DNA of 59,447 nucleotides, the filler included, from Sphacelaria rigidula (Eukaryota), in assembly GCA_964200075.2 (NCBI GenBank). It is 7 parts of 7 records of this genome, joined end to end, with 100 filler letters (N's around TTAATTAATTAA, not from the genome) between each part and the next. Parts side by side here need not be neighbours in the genome. Positions count along the whole stretch, not along the records: positions 34,030 to 42,435 come from CAXNAA020011250.1; positions 42,536 to 50,941 come from CAXNAA020011251.1; positions 51,042 to 59,447 come from CAXNAA020011252.1; 4 more parts are not named here. One strand, 5' to 3'. How positions within the stretch are numbered: the first letter of the stretch is position 1; every line of letters starts with the position of its first letter. The notes beneath the pieces are model-generated. The model was not told the DNA's origin and searched no databases. It saw nothing but the letters and a program-made list of their open reading frames with translations. The position numbers and the translations under genes are program-made. This document shows positions 37,526 through 51,173 of the stretch, in pieces.

Positions 37526-40500
37526 CGATTGCAAGCGTGAGAACCTTGATGAACACCGGAAGCACGGCGTTGACGAGGGCGATGATGATACCCGCCCACC
37601 ACCCCCGATTCGCTACGAACCGCAGCAACAGAAATCCCAGACCTAGAAACAAAAACGACAATATCGCAGCCACCGCCCACGTCGACATCCTGACAAAATT
37701 CGATCCAGCGATAAGGGAATGGGGTTACGCATTCAGGGTAAGGTTTCAGGCGATGCTTGTGGACAGCCGTACAAAATACTACGCTGGCCAGATGCCTGAT
37801 GGCTTCCCGCACGGAGAGATATCATGAAATTGGATCTATTCTGGCAAGACAAAATCCGGCGATACGGGCACCATGAGTGACAATTCAGCGTGAATACCTT
37901 CAGACGGTGCGTGCAGGCATCTGTGTATAGAGTTCAGCCGGCCAGATGCCTGCTGACTGTCTCCAGACGGCGATATCATGGAGAGACATCACACCTCAGA
38001 AGACGTGATCAGGACGTACAGACACGTCGGGATCAAGTCCGAACACCGTGTCGGGCCTTGCGTGCCGAACGTTGTGAAGTGGGAGGTGTGATGAAACTAC
38101 CGATCTAGTCGCACAGACACATGGCGGTAGCGTCCAGGGTCACAGCGTTTGGAGTTACAGCATTTAGGCGCCGCGTGCAGGAACTGTCGAATACATGATG
38201 AAGCTATGTTTCTGCTTTACCGTATGAACATAGTAATGGCTGTTCTCGTCTCATCGTGGTGCAGGTAGGTTTCCACCCACACATGGATAACCAAACCAGA
38301 AACGGCCAGGACATTCTCCAGGTTTTTCGGGCTCACAGCTGACACAAATATACCGTTCAGACCTAGGGTTAGCGTTTGGGATCGGGGCTCGGCCCAAGGA
38401 ACAGAACGCTCGCTCTTGGGTAAACCTAGACTTCAAACGCTACTTTCACCTCGCTAAGTCCTCAGAGAATGATTACAGTAGGAACATTAATCACACGAAA
38501 GTTCGCCTTTGCGAAACTCCAAGGGACCAAAAGGTGCTCTTCGCGCGCTGTAGAAGTTGAAGGGCGTCAGGCTACTGTTAGTCCGGGGTTTGATTGCGCC
38601 TCCATGCTTGGCAGCACGATGGCTTGTCTGCAAGCAGGGTGGCTTGAGGAACACAGGAATTAAATCCAGGGCTGCAAGATTTTACATTCCGTGGTACGGA
38701 TAAGGCAACAATGAATATCATTCAGGGTCAAGTTCACTGACCTCGACAAAAAGTGGAAGGCTAGCTAGAGCTTACGGTTCGAGAGTAGTAACACCGGAGT
38801 TGCGGCCAATGTGGTTCATCGCAACTAGTGAGGCCGTTTTTTTTAGTTCGAACCCCGTCATAGTTCGAGTATTTATCGGTTCCTCGACCGAAAAAGCGTG
38901 ATAGTGCAGTTGATTATGTGTAGAGGAGCACTGGTCGCTTCTTCAACAAACGATATGCTGCGTCGTCCATCCCGGCATGACACATCAGGAACCTTCGGGT
39001 TGCCCCTCGCCAGACTTACCGTCCACATTTCACATTCCTTCCTTGCACAAGTGCTCATGCTGAGTCTCGAACCCCATATCTTTTGTACAGGAAGCGAACA
39101 GTTTGACCATTGAGCCACCAGTGAGCGCTCACTACATCAGTGGGTAAACTGTTCGCTTCTTGAACAAAAGAAGAGCGGCGCCCTCTACATATATGTCGGC
39201 GCAGACTTTTAGACAACAAAATTCCGATCGGCACGTGTACGGGCTGTGCCATGTGTCCCTGGCAGCATGTCGTTTGCAGCAGGTTGGTCATTAACCTACC
39301 TAGTCAACCCCAAGAGGCGAACGTGTGTATGCACTGCAGCACGAAGTACACACTGTGGCTGTCGTCATCTTGTCAGGCCTGCCAGCTGGCGCTTCAGAAT
39401 CGTGTCCTATTAGTGTGGCCCGACTATGAGCAAAAAAGCGGTGTCTTTACATACGTACTGGCTGCGGGCCGCAAGTTGACTCGTACATGAAAAATCTGAC
39501 CCGTGCATGTAAAGTTTATATGATGTGTTCTTGGCAGCGTGTCGTTTGCAGCACCTAGATTATTGCCCTACAGATTCAACCCCAAGAGGCGAACGTGTGC
39601 ATGTAACGTTGCACGACATAACACGTGATGATTATCCTCGTCTTTTCGGGCCCGTCTACTGGCGCTACAGAATCGCGTGCTCTTGGCGTGTCCTGACTGT
39701 CTGTAGGGGAGCGGCATCCTCTACATGCATATTGGCTACGGGACATATACCGGCTTCAGACGGCAACGACAGTTGCAAATGCATTCAACAATTCAGAATC
39801 CCAACAGGTGGGCGTGCATGTACTGAACATTTCAACTACAATAACAACGGGTAGAGAAATCTGGGGCATAACTGTACTTTTATCAATCAATCCCAATACA
39901 AGTAGGCGATCGGTACTGCACCACAATGTACACACCATGAGCGTCTTCATCCTCTCAGGCCTGCCTGCTGGTGCTACACAAGAGCGAAGAAGTGTCACAA
40001 TACTGCACTACATGTGTGCGTCACAACACTCGACTGTAAATTATATATCGTTGGTATATCACAGCATCGCTACTCTACGCCCAAGACCATGAACGGATTG
40101 TATGAACAACTTTCTCCGCGCCCACGTTGTTGTTTCCGGGACTCCTACATTGTCAAGTAGTGGTGGTGCCCGCCGGCGAGGAGGATTGCTCTGCACTGCA
40201 CCCGAGTCTTCCTTTTGTCAGTTGACATTGTGCAGCATGGCAGCGGGTGCGATTCCGGAAATAGTCGAACATCACCAACCATGTGAACTTCAAATGAAAG
40301 CATGCATCGACCGAATGTGTGGCCGAAAAAGTACAGAACAGATCAACTATGAACTACACGATGCTGACCGGACATAAATTAGGTGTTCGTGTCTACATTA
40401 CTACCCTGTGTTGACGGCAAGCCTACAACCAGGGTGCCAATACCTACTGCGCCGCAGCCTAAGCGCACTCGAGAAAATATCCTTGTTTTTCACTCTCCGC

Positions 40501-41009
40501 TCAAACCGTGTTTTTCTCAAGGGACAAAATACCCTGGAATATAGGCAAACTTGTTCCACAACGGTTTGTGTGCGACCCCATCGAGCGACGCACAGAACAT
40601 GTCCAGGGCGGTACAGATTTCTGCAAGGCTTTGGTCCCACTTTAGCGCGGTATCGCACCACGGCGGGACCCTCACTGTACTTTCACTTTTAGTTACTACC
40701 GCTCGATCTCGGTACTCGTGGCCATTGTGCGACGGTATCTGCCGAAGGGGTCCTGACATCGGGCGACGTGTCAACACGCCGTACATACAACCACGAGGTC
40801 CTATAACCCAAAGCGAAATCAAAAGCAAACCTGCGCAAAACGTTGGTGTCGATGTTCTCCCAGATAATTTCACTGGGTTCTTCAGCCTCGTCTATTCGGC
40901 AAACTTTCCCGGATATCATGGCTTCCTCGTTGATACCCCTCTTCCTGTACTGCTGCAGCTGCTCCTCCCAGAGTCCCGTCTCCACCTTCTTCAGACACGC
41001 CCTCTGTGC
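37526..41009 (-). CDS. OSCA/TMEM63 (CSC1)-like mechanosensitive/calcium-permeable channel, partial; exons 41009-40831 and 37689-37526
   Basis: AQRACL…CRIDEAEEPSEIIWENIDT matches the APEPxDIxWENL motif and splices in phase 2 to RMSTWAVAAILSFLFLGLGFLLLRF…GIIIALVNAVLPVFIKVLT (two TM helices); canonical AG/GT sites. Confidence 0.75.
39200..39960 (+). pseudogene. Possible highly decayed Penelope-like reverse transcriptase relic (intronic), with a ~270-bp internal tandem duplication
   Basis: Frameshifted traces DNK…RHVYG/CAM…P and VLNI…NPNTSRRSVLHHNVH in the order of the PLE motifs Q-x-x-G-x-AMG and FLD…KPT…YL; duplication 39261/39532. Confidence 0.3.
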
Positions 41010-41794
41010 CTGCTCGATGGAAAACGACATTTCCGGGAGATCCGTTTTCATAAACTCACAGAAACGGGATGGAGGCTAACCAAAATAAACGGCAAGAGAC
41101 TTGGCAACAAGAATGTTGCGGGCAATCTCGTCTTCTGCACCCATCCAAGAAGAGGTTTACGCGGATAAATTGCTGGGAAAATCGACTTCAATTCCGCAGT
41201 AGGTCCTGTGCTTTTCACACCGTAGTGCAATTCGGGTTAGAAAAACTCGACAAACATTACACCACAGGCGGTCGCCCCGGTGGCTCCGTTGTTACTCCCA
41301 ACACCTTCTGATGATTGGAAACTGGGTTCAAATCTCGTTGACGTCGCACGATCTGGAGTTTTTTCCACGTATAATGCCCAACAGTGGTGAGTGACTACGT
41401 CACGGCCGACGAGGGAAAAAGACAACTTTACTCCTCTCGCGATGGAGGCGCGCACCGCGAAATAAAGATTGAGGGGGGAAAAACTCCCGTATTACATCAT
41501 CCTTCTCTTGTGTAACCACGGCTGATGCGCCTACATACACCGAAAGGTGTAGATTGGCGTCCAGAGTAGAGGGGTTGCCAGCACACGTGGTACTAGAACA
41601 TTGCACTATGGTCGCATGTGAGAGTGTGTATGTTTGTGTGTGTATGTGTCGCCATCCCATCTATTCTGCACGCCAGTGTTTAACTTTCGGTATATGTCGG
41701 CACATCAGCCGGGATCACACACGACGAAGGTCAACACAGACGCTCTTCATGTTTCACTGTTTATAGTATCCCCGCGTTCCTTCTGCGGGGCTTA

Positions 41795-41876
41795 CCTTTC
41801 TTTTTGTCGCGAAAAGGGTTTAGCGGTCCCCTTCCCTCTGGAGAAAAACGTCGTTGCAGCGACAGGGCCACAACGC
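41795..41876 (-). CDS. Candidate upstream exon, possibly of the OSCA-like gene
   Basis: TTCACAG|CGC…AAAG|GTAAGC; reads RVVALSLQRRFSPEGRGPLNPFRDKKK; linkage unproven. Confidence 0.3.
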
Positions 41877-42435
41877 GCTGTGAATGCGTGCGAATAGCTC
41901 ATGCAGTAGCCGCCTCTTACAATATATGAGACAGGGTAAGACAGAAGTGGGAAGAAAAGGGTTCGAACCAGTGCCATCGTCAGACTTTATAGGGAGACCG
42001 AACTCCTCCGACGGCGTAGCGCAGGCGCTAACTCCTCACGTAAGATCGAGTAGGTTGGCAATGACGGGAAAATATCCGAATACAACGTTCAGATACCCAC
42101 ACACCGTACACCAAAGAAGCAACACTGCCCCTGCTTGATGATAAAAAACAGGGTCAACCTCGTTGCGGTCATGGCACTGAAAACGCTTGTTCCGTGAGAA
42201 CTGTACGTGAATGTGTACGGGCACGTGCACCGTCGACATGTTTGCACGAACGAGATATTCTCGCGCTGTGTATACACACAATATTTTGCGCGTCGCGGAT
42301 ATTGAATCTGAAACGAGCTCCGTCAGCCGAAGGGGGGTGAACTCATGATCATGCGTGCCATAGTCACGTGACCATTGACCTCGCATGCCTACAAAGCCGG
42401 GACGACCACGCCGGGTTTTCGCCGGACCAGGCTTG

Positions 42436-42535
42436 NNNNNNNNNNNNNNNNNNNNNNNNNNNNNNNNNNNNNNNNNNNNTTAATTAATTAANNNNNNNNN
42501 NNNNNNNNNNNNNNNNNNNNNNNNNNNNNNNNNNN
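42436..42535. other. Artificial contig linker
   Basis: N44-TTAATTAATTAA-N44. Confidence 0.98.
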
Positions 42536-43666
42536 AATCTAACGGGAGAAACAGATTTGAAAACGGTTCCAACGGGGTCGAATTATACCCGAAACCTGTG
42601 GCGAAATCACGCCGTCACGCAGTGTTACGCCCAGTTTAGTGTCACGTTTTTCACCACCAACCCCAAAACGCGACTTGGTGAAGTGAAACAAGTCGAAAGA
42701 GCAGAGAAATGATAGCTATGCTGATGAAAAGCTGTAATGCTTATCCTACACTACCCATTCGTCGAATTCCGGTTCAATTCCATCCAGTACAGCACACGAA
42801 CGATCGACGGATAACCGCGAAAAAGGCCAAGGAAACCTGTATAAGCCCACAACCCATTTTCCAATATGGCCGACCTACACGCGATCGCAGATAACTCGCG
42901 CTGCACGACTGGCAGCCCGCTGAAACTAAGGAGGCGAGTAGTAAGTGATAATAGCCATCGTTTAACATCCAACTCGCGCTAATTAGTTCTCGGGATCGTG
43001 CGGAAATCGCGAAAGATGAACCTTACTATACATCGACATTTTCATCCACGGCAGGGATACACGCAGCCGTAACGTGGAGGGCTAATAGAGATGCATCTTA
43101 GCTACACAGATCAATTTCATTTGTCTCTGCAGCTGCTGTGTGTATTGAGATATTTCCATCACGGTGGGGGGTGTTGGGACACATGAGATGCGGTGGAAAA
43201 GCGCATCAGATAGATACTCCTGAGTACAACGAGAATCGGTATCCAAAAGGAGCCGGCGGCAGTTGCGCCGCGTTTTTTTGTGTTCGTAGTCGTGAATATA
43301 TTATCCCACCCTCTTTCATGAAAACAACAGCGTTGCCCGTCAGCAAAGAAGATAGTTCAAGCAGGTGCATGCCGTTATAGCTGCGGTGGCACGCGACGTC
43401 GCTGCCCAAAACATAGCCTGTAAACAAACACGAGCATACTGTCATCAGCGACGCCGGGACCCCTCCGCGTCCAAGGTCAGTTCTCATGGCAAACAAAGAG
43501 CGCAAAAATATATTGTACGAGCTGGGCCAGCTGACGGTGATTTGCGAATGTATCCGGGCCGAGTGGTGGGTAATCCGAAGGGTTGGGCGCTGAAATTTTG
43601 ACACAATATTTCTACTATCACAACGCACAACCTTCCCGGAGAGGCCACGATATATATATATATATA

Positions 43667-43699
<33 letters not shown>

Positions 43700-44950
43700 G
43701 CACTTCAAGCGATTTACAGTTTCGCCACAAACTAGAAAAAAGCTGGTCTGGAATTTCGCCGTCACCGCGAAAATTGTCGACTCATCGGGAAAAAAACGTA
43801 CTTTTTCCCGACAACTCGAAGTCTTTTCATGTGACTGAAAAAATCCAAATTCAGCCAAGAGTAAAACTGTGAGTACGAAATATGGAACAAGCGTGCTGGA
43901 ATCCTCGTGAAAAATAGAGCAAATCTTCCCGAGGGGGCAAAATCCGCCAAGACCCGTATTCCGCCAATAATCCGTGAGGAAAGGTTCAAAAGGGCAGTTC
44001 TTAGACAGATGTTTTTTCAGTCTGTAAGAAGCGGCCTAACCCCGTATAAAAAAATGAATACGTGGGCATCGCTACCATAGTTTTGCGTCCTTCAGTGGAG
44101 GAGATCCTGGTGCAATTGCGGCCAAAACTTCCAGAAATTTGGCGCAGCATCCAAGTTTTCGTGTGGCACGGCTGCGCTCCTTTTTTAATTCAAGCGCTGC
44201 AGTTGACTCCAATTATGGAGGTCATGAGTTCGAATCCCGACGGATGCCCTTTTATTTATTCCGTCGGTTAGGTGATGCATTATGCAGTACATTTTTTCAT
44301 TTTTTTCATTCAGCGGCGGCCCCGTGCGTTACCAAGTTGGTCGGCAGGTCAAAGCGATATGCTGGAGGCGGTCTGATTTCGAAAACTAGATAGCTTACGG
44401 TGTGAGAGGCAAATCGGGATTTACTGCTCGCCCAGCTCGTAGCACTATTTTTTGTTCATCTGTATCATTTTGCGTTCGAAAGGGAGGTAGGGGGGTATCG
44501 ACGGTTTCTAATGACTTCATGTACTCGTGGGAAAAAAAACTCGAGGATATCTTGGTTTTTTCTGGTCGTGGCAGATTTCTGTTTTTTACACATACACTCT
44601 TCTGCCAAGAGGGTCAATTACGGCGGAACAATCCGTGTCACGTTCGCATTTTCCGGTAGTCGCAGATTTGTTTCCACTTGACTACCACTTTTGGTCAACA
44701 ACAGTCGACACGAGGTGACAACTGTCGTGGATTTCTACACCTGACCACCACTTTATTCTAAACGAACATACAACTGCGGCAAGACAAACAAGATACAAGC
44801 ACCTGAACACGTTCATGTGACGCGATAGATTTTCCACCGATAAACGCAAGGCAAACCGAGGGGGCAACATCCACCCAGCCATCACTTGCGCCCAAACGAT
44901 GAAAGAAAAGAAAAAAAGTCGTTCAACTTGTTATGTTTGCCATAATGAGC

Positions 44951-45072
44951 GGTTTACATGAAACGTTGCGAAAATCGACACGATGTGTAATGCGCAAGAC
45001 ACGTGGTGACAGGTTTACATGAAACGTTGCGAAAATCGACACGATGTGTGATGCGCAAGACACGTGGTGACA
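44951..45072. repeat. Tandem duplication, 61 bp x2
   Basis: ggtttacatgaaacgttgcgaaaatcgacacgatgtgt(a/g)atgcgcaagacacgtggtgaca. Confidence 0.92.
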
Positions 45073-45838
45073 CGACCCGCCGTTCCGGTGCAGATGGTAC
45101 AGTATCGACGACATCGGCGTCGTCGATACTGTGGCGAAGAACACCACCCCATGTTTTTCGTCCGACCGTTCAACATAATAGTGATACGAATGATTCCCGG
45201 CAGTTGCGTCCTGGCACGAACGCCACAGCGTCGAGACGCGAGCGTTGGCAATGCTGCACGGTAAACCAAAAGGTTGACTGGCATACGATGGTGTTGTTGA
45301 GGTCAGTCGTCTGCCGTTTAAACACGCACTTGATTGACTGGCGGGCGTAGCCAGATCACCCCCAATACACTTTTGCACCCCACCGTGCACCGCAGATGAT
45401 GCACGAACCATGATCGCCATGTACCTAAGACACGGCTCATGACTACAGCCTGGAAAAAAACATCCTCGAGTTGTGCAGAACCGTTCGCGCAATCCATCTA
45501 CAGGAAAGAACGGCCCCAAAATTCTCCACAGATTGAAATCAGAACGCGAAATCTTCCCCGTTGTCGTCGCCCGCTTCCGATGCCGAGTCCTCTCTCTCGC
45601 ACCCGCTGCATTCTGAATCCGAATCTCCGATCCAGATCCCGGCTGCAGAGTTCGGCTTGTGTTCGACGACCCGAGTGGAGGCTGCAGTGATGCGTTGCAT
45701 GGGGAAGCGGGTGTCGTAGCCACCTGAGGAAAATGTGATGTCTTGAGCGCGTGTTCCTTTGCTCGATCCCTGTGCTGCAATGCAACCTCCTGGTGCTCAG
45801 CCCATGTTCCCCAAGCGCTACTCACATCTGGGTGGTCA

Positions 45839-46793
45839 TCATGCTTCTCTCCCATCTTGACGCCGAGACGTGGGCATGCGAAGGTGTGCCTCTACCAGAC
45901 CCAGGCGGGGCATGTCTTTGATTTGTCTTTGAAGTTGGAGTAAAAGTCCCCATCTCACAGGGTATCCCGCCGGTAGTTTCTCGGCCTTCGCGAGTTGGGG
46001 TGCCCACTTCGTGGCAGATTGTCGTCGGCGCAGTAGCTCCCGTGAGTTCACCTCCGCCGTGCAGGTACTAGAGACTGTGTGCGTCGTGCGTTCCCTGAGC
46101 GTTCGACTCTCTACTCTTTCACTCTGCGAGCTTCTCCGGTCGTCGCCCCCACCCAACGCCCCCTCGGTTTGCATGGGTACATCATCGACCACCGCGCCAG
46201 GCGCTCCAGAGTCATAGAAAAGAGCGATCGCCCTGTGCTTTCCATACGATTGGGGACTGGGCTCATCTCCTACTGCGGATTCGTCGCTGAGGTGGCCGCC
46301 AGCAATAGCCCTTATATTTGACATCGGCACTGCGGATTCTACGCCTGTCGGCCGACAACTCTGTCAACCACAGTTGTGGCATGTGCCGGGTGCGATAACA
46401 GCAGACGGCACGCAGGTTTTTCACTACCTGCCCGCACGACATGCAACAAAGCGTATGTGTGCAATAACTTAGTTCTTTGCAATATTTAACGTTCCAACAG
46501 TCAGAGTGAGGGGTTCTCGCGCACACATGTATATACAAGTATATATATTACCCACGCATACTCACGCCCTGGGTTTGGTTCGAAAGCCGTGGTCATCACC
46601 TGAAAGAGAGTAATGAGGCGCGTGCGATCATCACCTTCGATAGCTCGCAGGGTTACTACAATAGTGATTTGAAAATGCTCTCACCTCGGGATCGGTCCTG
46701 GAGTCGAATATGACGGTCGGACTGCCCCGGACGGCGTCTCAGCAGACGCTCGGACGTTGCATCCCATGAGTTAGCCCTGGGTATCCTCCGCAT
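45839..46793 (-). CDS. Hypothetical low-complexity protein, candidate exons 46793-46685 and 46344-45839
   Basis: GGCAG|ATGCGG…CGAG|GTGAGA joins GACAG|GCGTAG in phase 1 into the 163-aa ORF; no recognisable domain. Confidence 0.4.
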
Positions 46794-48409
46794 CTGCCGC
46801 CGGTGTATGTAGAGGGGAGGTGGTCGGGTGGGGAGTTGAACACCAACACTTCTGTTCGAGTGTGTCATCTACGCTGCCATTCTCATGTTGTCGCCTCCCG
46901 TGGCGACGGAGGTGTATGTTCTCTGTCGTGTGTATTAGTGCACGCGGCAGCAATTTTCTTCAAGATAAGTTGTACATGTCAAAATCCAAATACTGTAATC
47001 AATACGAGCGAATACGCTGGAGGTACAAGTACACTATAGTACAGTTCAAGTACTGTAATATACCAAGTCGTGCGCAAACCAAACGGTATCGGGCGGCATC
47101 CGTATTTCAAGTTTCAAGACAAATATGTCCCCATTTGAAAATCAGTGTTATTCCTTTTCAATAATATGGAGGCGGTATTTTTGGAAAATAGGCGCCCCAG
47201 CACCGCACACCTGGCGTCTGAGGGAGCTGAAAGTTGACGTGTGTGTGGGTTGAAGCCGAAGCTATGTGTCGACGCGGCAGTTGCGGCGATCCAATGCGTT
47301 TTAAGTGCGGCGTGACCTGAAACGAAGATTTTGGACGATGCTGAACCTGTTCCGAAAAGTAGAACACTTTCTAATGACAGTTCTAGAGGGTAATGGTATC
47401 AAATCCGTACGGAGCCAGGGGCATATCCTGCCAGCCTTGTTTACATCGGCCCCCTGTCCGTCGAGGCTGGCACCAAGACGAGAATTGCTCGACAGTGAAG
47501 GTTCTCAATATGTTGGAGGTAGATGCCGTCGGGGGTTGGGTGCCGTGTCGAGCAAAGCTGGGCCGCGCAGAGTAGCCAAAGAGGAGAGTATGTTCAGCCG
47601 AGGAGCACTGCGAACCTGCTCCGGCAGCAGGCAATGTCTCTCATCCTTCAGTGCCAGACTTACCGCTCACCTCATCACGGCGGCCTGAAAATGATAGGGG
47701 GGGTTCTTGTAGTTTTCTTCTATCGCAATCAATCGGATATTCTGCGTCTTGCTGATCCCACGTGAAGAAATTGACATTTCCCTGACAGGCACGCTGTCGG
47801 CGTTTCGCGGGCTTGACGTCATTTTCATTTGATCCTAGTATACAATTTCCGCCACCCCAGCAGCCATCTGTTGCAACAGGTGTACTGCATACAGTATGGT
47901 ACGCTGTTTGTATCGCGATCGCATTTATTGTATTGTACGCAGTACACTTGTCGACAGCAAATGCCAGGGGTGCACTGCGGAATACCGCGGGTATAAACAG
48001 CAAGCGTGGACAGAGAAACATATCTGGCAGCAGTGATGTCTATCGGTACTCCTCGTGCAGTCCCTGTAACACACCGTGGGGCGGGTCTTCCGCGATGACG
48101 GTATTTGTGACGGACATGTATCGCTTCGAGTTTGGGTAAGACATTGAAGCCTATCGCGTGAGATGATGAACGGTGACAGCACCGTGCAGCGCGATCGACT
48201 GTCACAGGTAATTTGAAGCAAACACGGCGCACGAGTCTTTTCACCGCACATTCCGGCGGTGCTGGGATACAGAGACCTTTAATATCCTCGGCGTCATGTG
48301 ATAGAATAAGTTACAGCCCAGGTACATACGGGATTTTCGTGGCCAGTTCGGGATCGCTTCTCATCACAGCTCAAGTACACGTACGCGAGGCACTAGCTGC
48401 GAAGGCCTG

Positions 48410-48663
48410 GGGTGATACTACAGTAGGGGCGTACTTTTTGTGTCTGCCTCAAAATTTGTTTTTTTGCATGCATCTAATCCAAAACACGACCAACGAAATA
48501 TGTGAGTGCGTCAGGTTTGTAATTTCAAAGTACGAAGAATATCCCGAATGAACTTGCAAACGAGGATGCCCTCACCCACACTGTTGTGCATCTAAAGTCA
48601 TTCGGAGCCCCTGGACCAGACAAGATTTTGCGTCAAAAGTGCACTCCTGCCGTAGCATTGCTC
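48410..48663 (-). mobile_element. MITE family W copy
   Basis: gggtgatactacagtagggg…gtgcactcctgccgtagcattgctc; internal match to 5305-5555. Confidence 0.82.
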
Positions 48664-50653
48664 CCGGGGGAACCTTGCCCTCTCGCGTTATCATGACCCC
48701 AATATTTGTGGCGATCAGCAGTCCGATGGGTGTTTGTGCTCTCATTGGGATGTGGATTATCTGTAAAGCACGGTCCGTGCGCCCAACGTGTCGTCGTAGT
48801 CGTTGTAGTTGTTGTCTACAGAGTTTAAACCGTTCCGACATCACCGCATCGCTTAGTACCTGGCATATTACGCGGACGCTTCCCGTGGTAATATTAGGCA
48901 AAGATTCCAAACATAGGGCTTAAGAGATTAAAAAAACCAATCGTGGTACAAACAAAACACACAGACGCGATACAAAAACAGAAAAAAACGAGTGAAAGTG
49001 GTATCAAAACAACTAAAACGCAAAGAAGGAGACAAAAATAGGGGGTCGTCGGCGCGCGCGATCGCTTCGCGGTAGCAAGTCGTGCACACCGCACGAGCAT
49101 ACATATCGCAGATCTCGACAGGTTTTGCGTGCCTCCCCGTCCCTCGCGATGATATCCCAGCCGCCGTGTGACGTGAAAACGCACCTAAATAATTTCATGC
49201 TTCGCACCGCTCGGTGACTAATACAACCTGAAATGAATGTTACCGTGCAGCACCGCCAGAACAATCAAATGACGCCCCTGCACGGCACCGCGCCACATGA
49301 AAACCCTCGCCTCTACCCGCCCCGGCCCCCGCATATATGCCGTCGCACCGCATGGCCCGCAACTTTGGGCGCCTCCACACTTCCACACAAATTGTCTTTG
49401 TCGTCGCAATTGCCACCACCTCATCACCCAACAATTAGCTTGGCATCACACATGACGGGCGGACCGTGGCGCATCCACCACGGCCGCCAAGTACACTCGC
49501 CGCCGGGTTCGGACTTTGGGATTTGCGCGGCAGAATCACGGGGTGACCGACGTTACTACAGCATAAGTTCATCTGCCCCGTCCCTGCGGCCGCACTCCCT
49601 CCCGTTAAATGCCATGCCTTGCCATCCTGCGGCGCCCTCCGCCCCATAGGCATCGGGTAAGTCTTTAGACCTGTCCGACGTGAATACCTGCGCCACTCCC
49701 TGTAACAAGCGCGCACGACGGTGGGGTGGCGTGTTTAATCCCGGGGATATTCCAGCATGAAGTTGCTTTATTTGAATCAATTATTAATTGTCGCACTTTG
49801 ACTGCCCCCCTAGGGATCTAGCCGTGGTCTCATGATAGACGTACCCAATAAAACAAAAGACTGAAACACTCGCTGAAGAAAAGAAGGAACAGATAAAACA
49901 AAAAGTTGACCAGAACATGTTAGAGTGGTTGGTAAGAAAATAATAATTTTCAAGTGCGAGAATCAGTCAACCAATCAATCAATCAATCAAGCATTGACGA
50001 TAAGAAAAAAAGTCAAGAAAAGCAAAGCACAGAATTTAATGGCCGACCTAAAACCAGAAAAGAAGGAAGAGAAGAGGAAAGTAAAGAGCAGGGGCGATAC
50101 AATTAAAACAACATGAAAAAAGAAAAAGAAAAAGTATCTGGGATTGAGGGCAGCAGAGCAGGTACAGATACACACCAGTGGGCACGGTTCGGTCATCGAA
50201 CAACATAATCAACACCCGATATGATTTATTCCGCCTGTTACTTTTTGTTGTGCGTCTACGTATACTATATACTTCTGCCATCCTTTTATTCTGCTCCTAA
50301 CGGTTGTCAGGGTCGGTTTTGAGTTTTGTTTTGTCTTGGGTACGTCTATCATGTCACCACCGCCGACTTGCTGGGGGCTTACTTCAAGTGCGAGAATTTG
50401 CGCGTAAGGGCGGTGCTTCACTCACCGTCTGCGGGCCCCGCAACCCCCGAAGTAGCACCCAATGCATGTCCCGTTGAGATCGCGGCGGCCGCTGCGTCAT
50501 CCAGGCCCATATCGGGAGGTCCGCATGCACCGTTGTATCCACAATATCCATATACACATCGCTTGCCCCTCTTGCCACAACTGCCGTTAAAAAGACAATT
50601 CTATTAAATGAGGTTCATAAATTTAATGAGGTTCGAGCTCAAAACAGTTCTTT

Positions 50654-50941
50654 CTCCCCACTTTCAGCGATGGTGCCCAATGACTTTCTTGTCGGTCTAA
50701 TGCCCCTCGATCGCGTGGATACTTCTTTAGCGCATTTTACCGACTCTGTGAGCTTACAGCGCTGTCCGAAACCGCCATTTCTACATATTTTGTAGAGGGG
50801 GGGTGATATCAGGGGGAACAGCGGTTTCGGTCAGCGCTGTAAGCTCACAGAGTCGGTAAAATACGCTGAAAAAGTATCTACGCGATTGAGGGGCATTAGG
50901 CCGACAAAAAGCCATTGGGCACCATCGCTGAAAGTGTGGAG
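50654..50941. repeat. Long near-perfect hairpin (arms 50654-50775 and 50821-50941, 45-nt loop), truncated by contig end
   Basis: Arms of ~120 nt are reverse complements with about ten differences. Confidence 0.92.
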
Positions 50942-51041
50942 NNNNNNNNNNNNNNNNNNNNNNNNNNNNNNNNNNNNNNNNNNNNTTAATTAATTAANNN
51001 NNNNNNNNNNNNNNNNNNNNNNNNNNNNNNNNNNNNNNNNN
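50942..51041. other. Artificial contig linker
   Basis: N44-TTAATTAATTAA-N44. Confidence 0.98.
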
Positions 51042-51098
51042 GAGGTGTTTTGAACTACGGCGCCGTCCTCTAAGCACGCGGTCCTCTCACGCATTACA
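51042..51098 (-). mobile_element. Family T partial copy at contig start
   Basis: …gtcctctaagcacgcggtcctctcacgcattaca. Confidence 0.85.
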
Positions 51099-51134
51099 AT
51101 GAGTACCCCCCCCCCCCATCGTACACACACATAA

Positions 51135-51173
<39 letters not shown>

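Noticed and set aside
2709..41009. Functional cluster of helicase, CEP70-like, module protein and channel
   Set aside because: Each gene lies on a different unlinked contig
44160..44250. tRNA gene (GTTCGAATC B-box)
   Set aside because: No convincing cloverleaf or acceptor stem; at most a decayed tRNA-derived SINE head
44923..45855. 310-aa ORF as a complete gene
   Set aside because: No recognisable domain, and its 3' half runs through a 61-bp tandem duplication and repeat-like sequence
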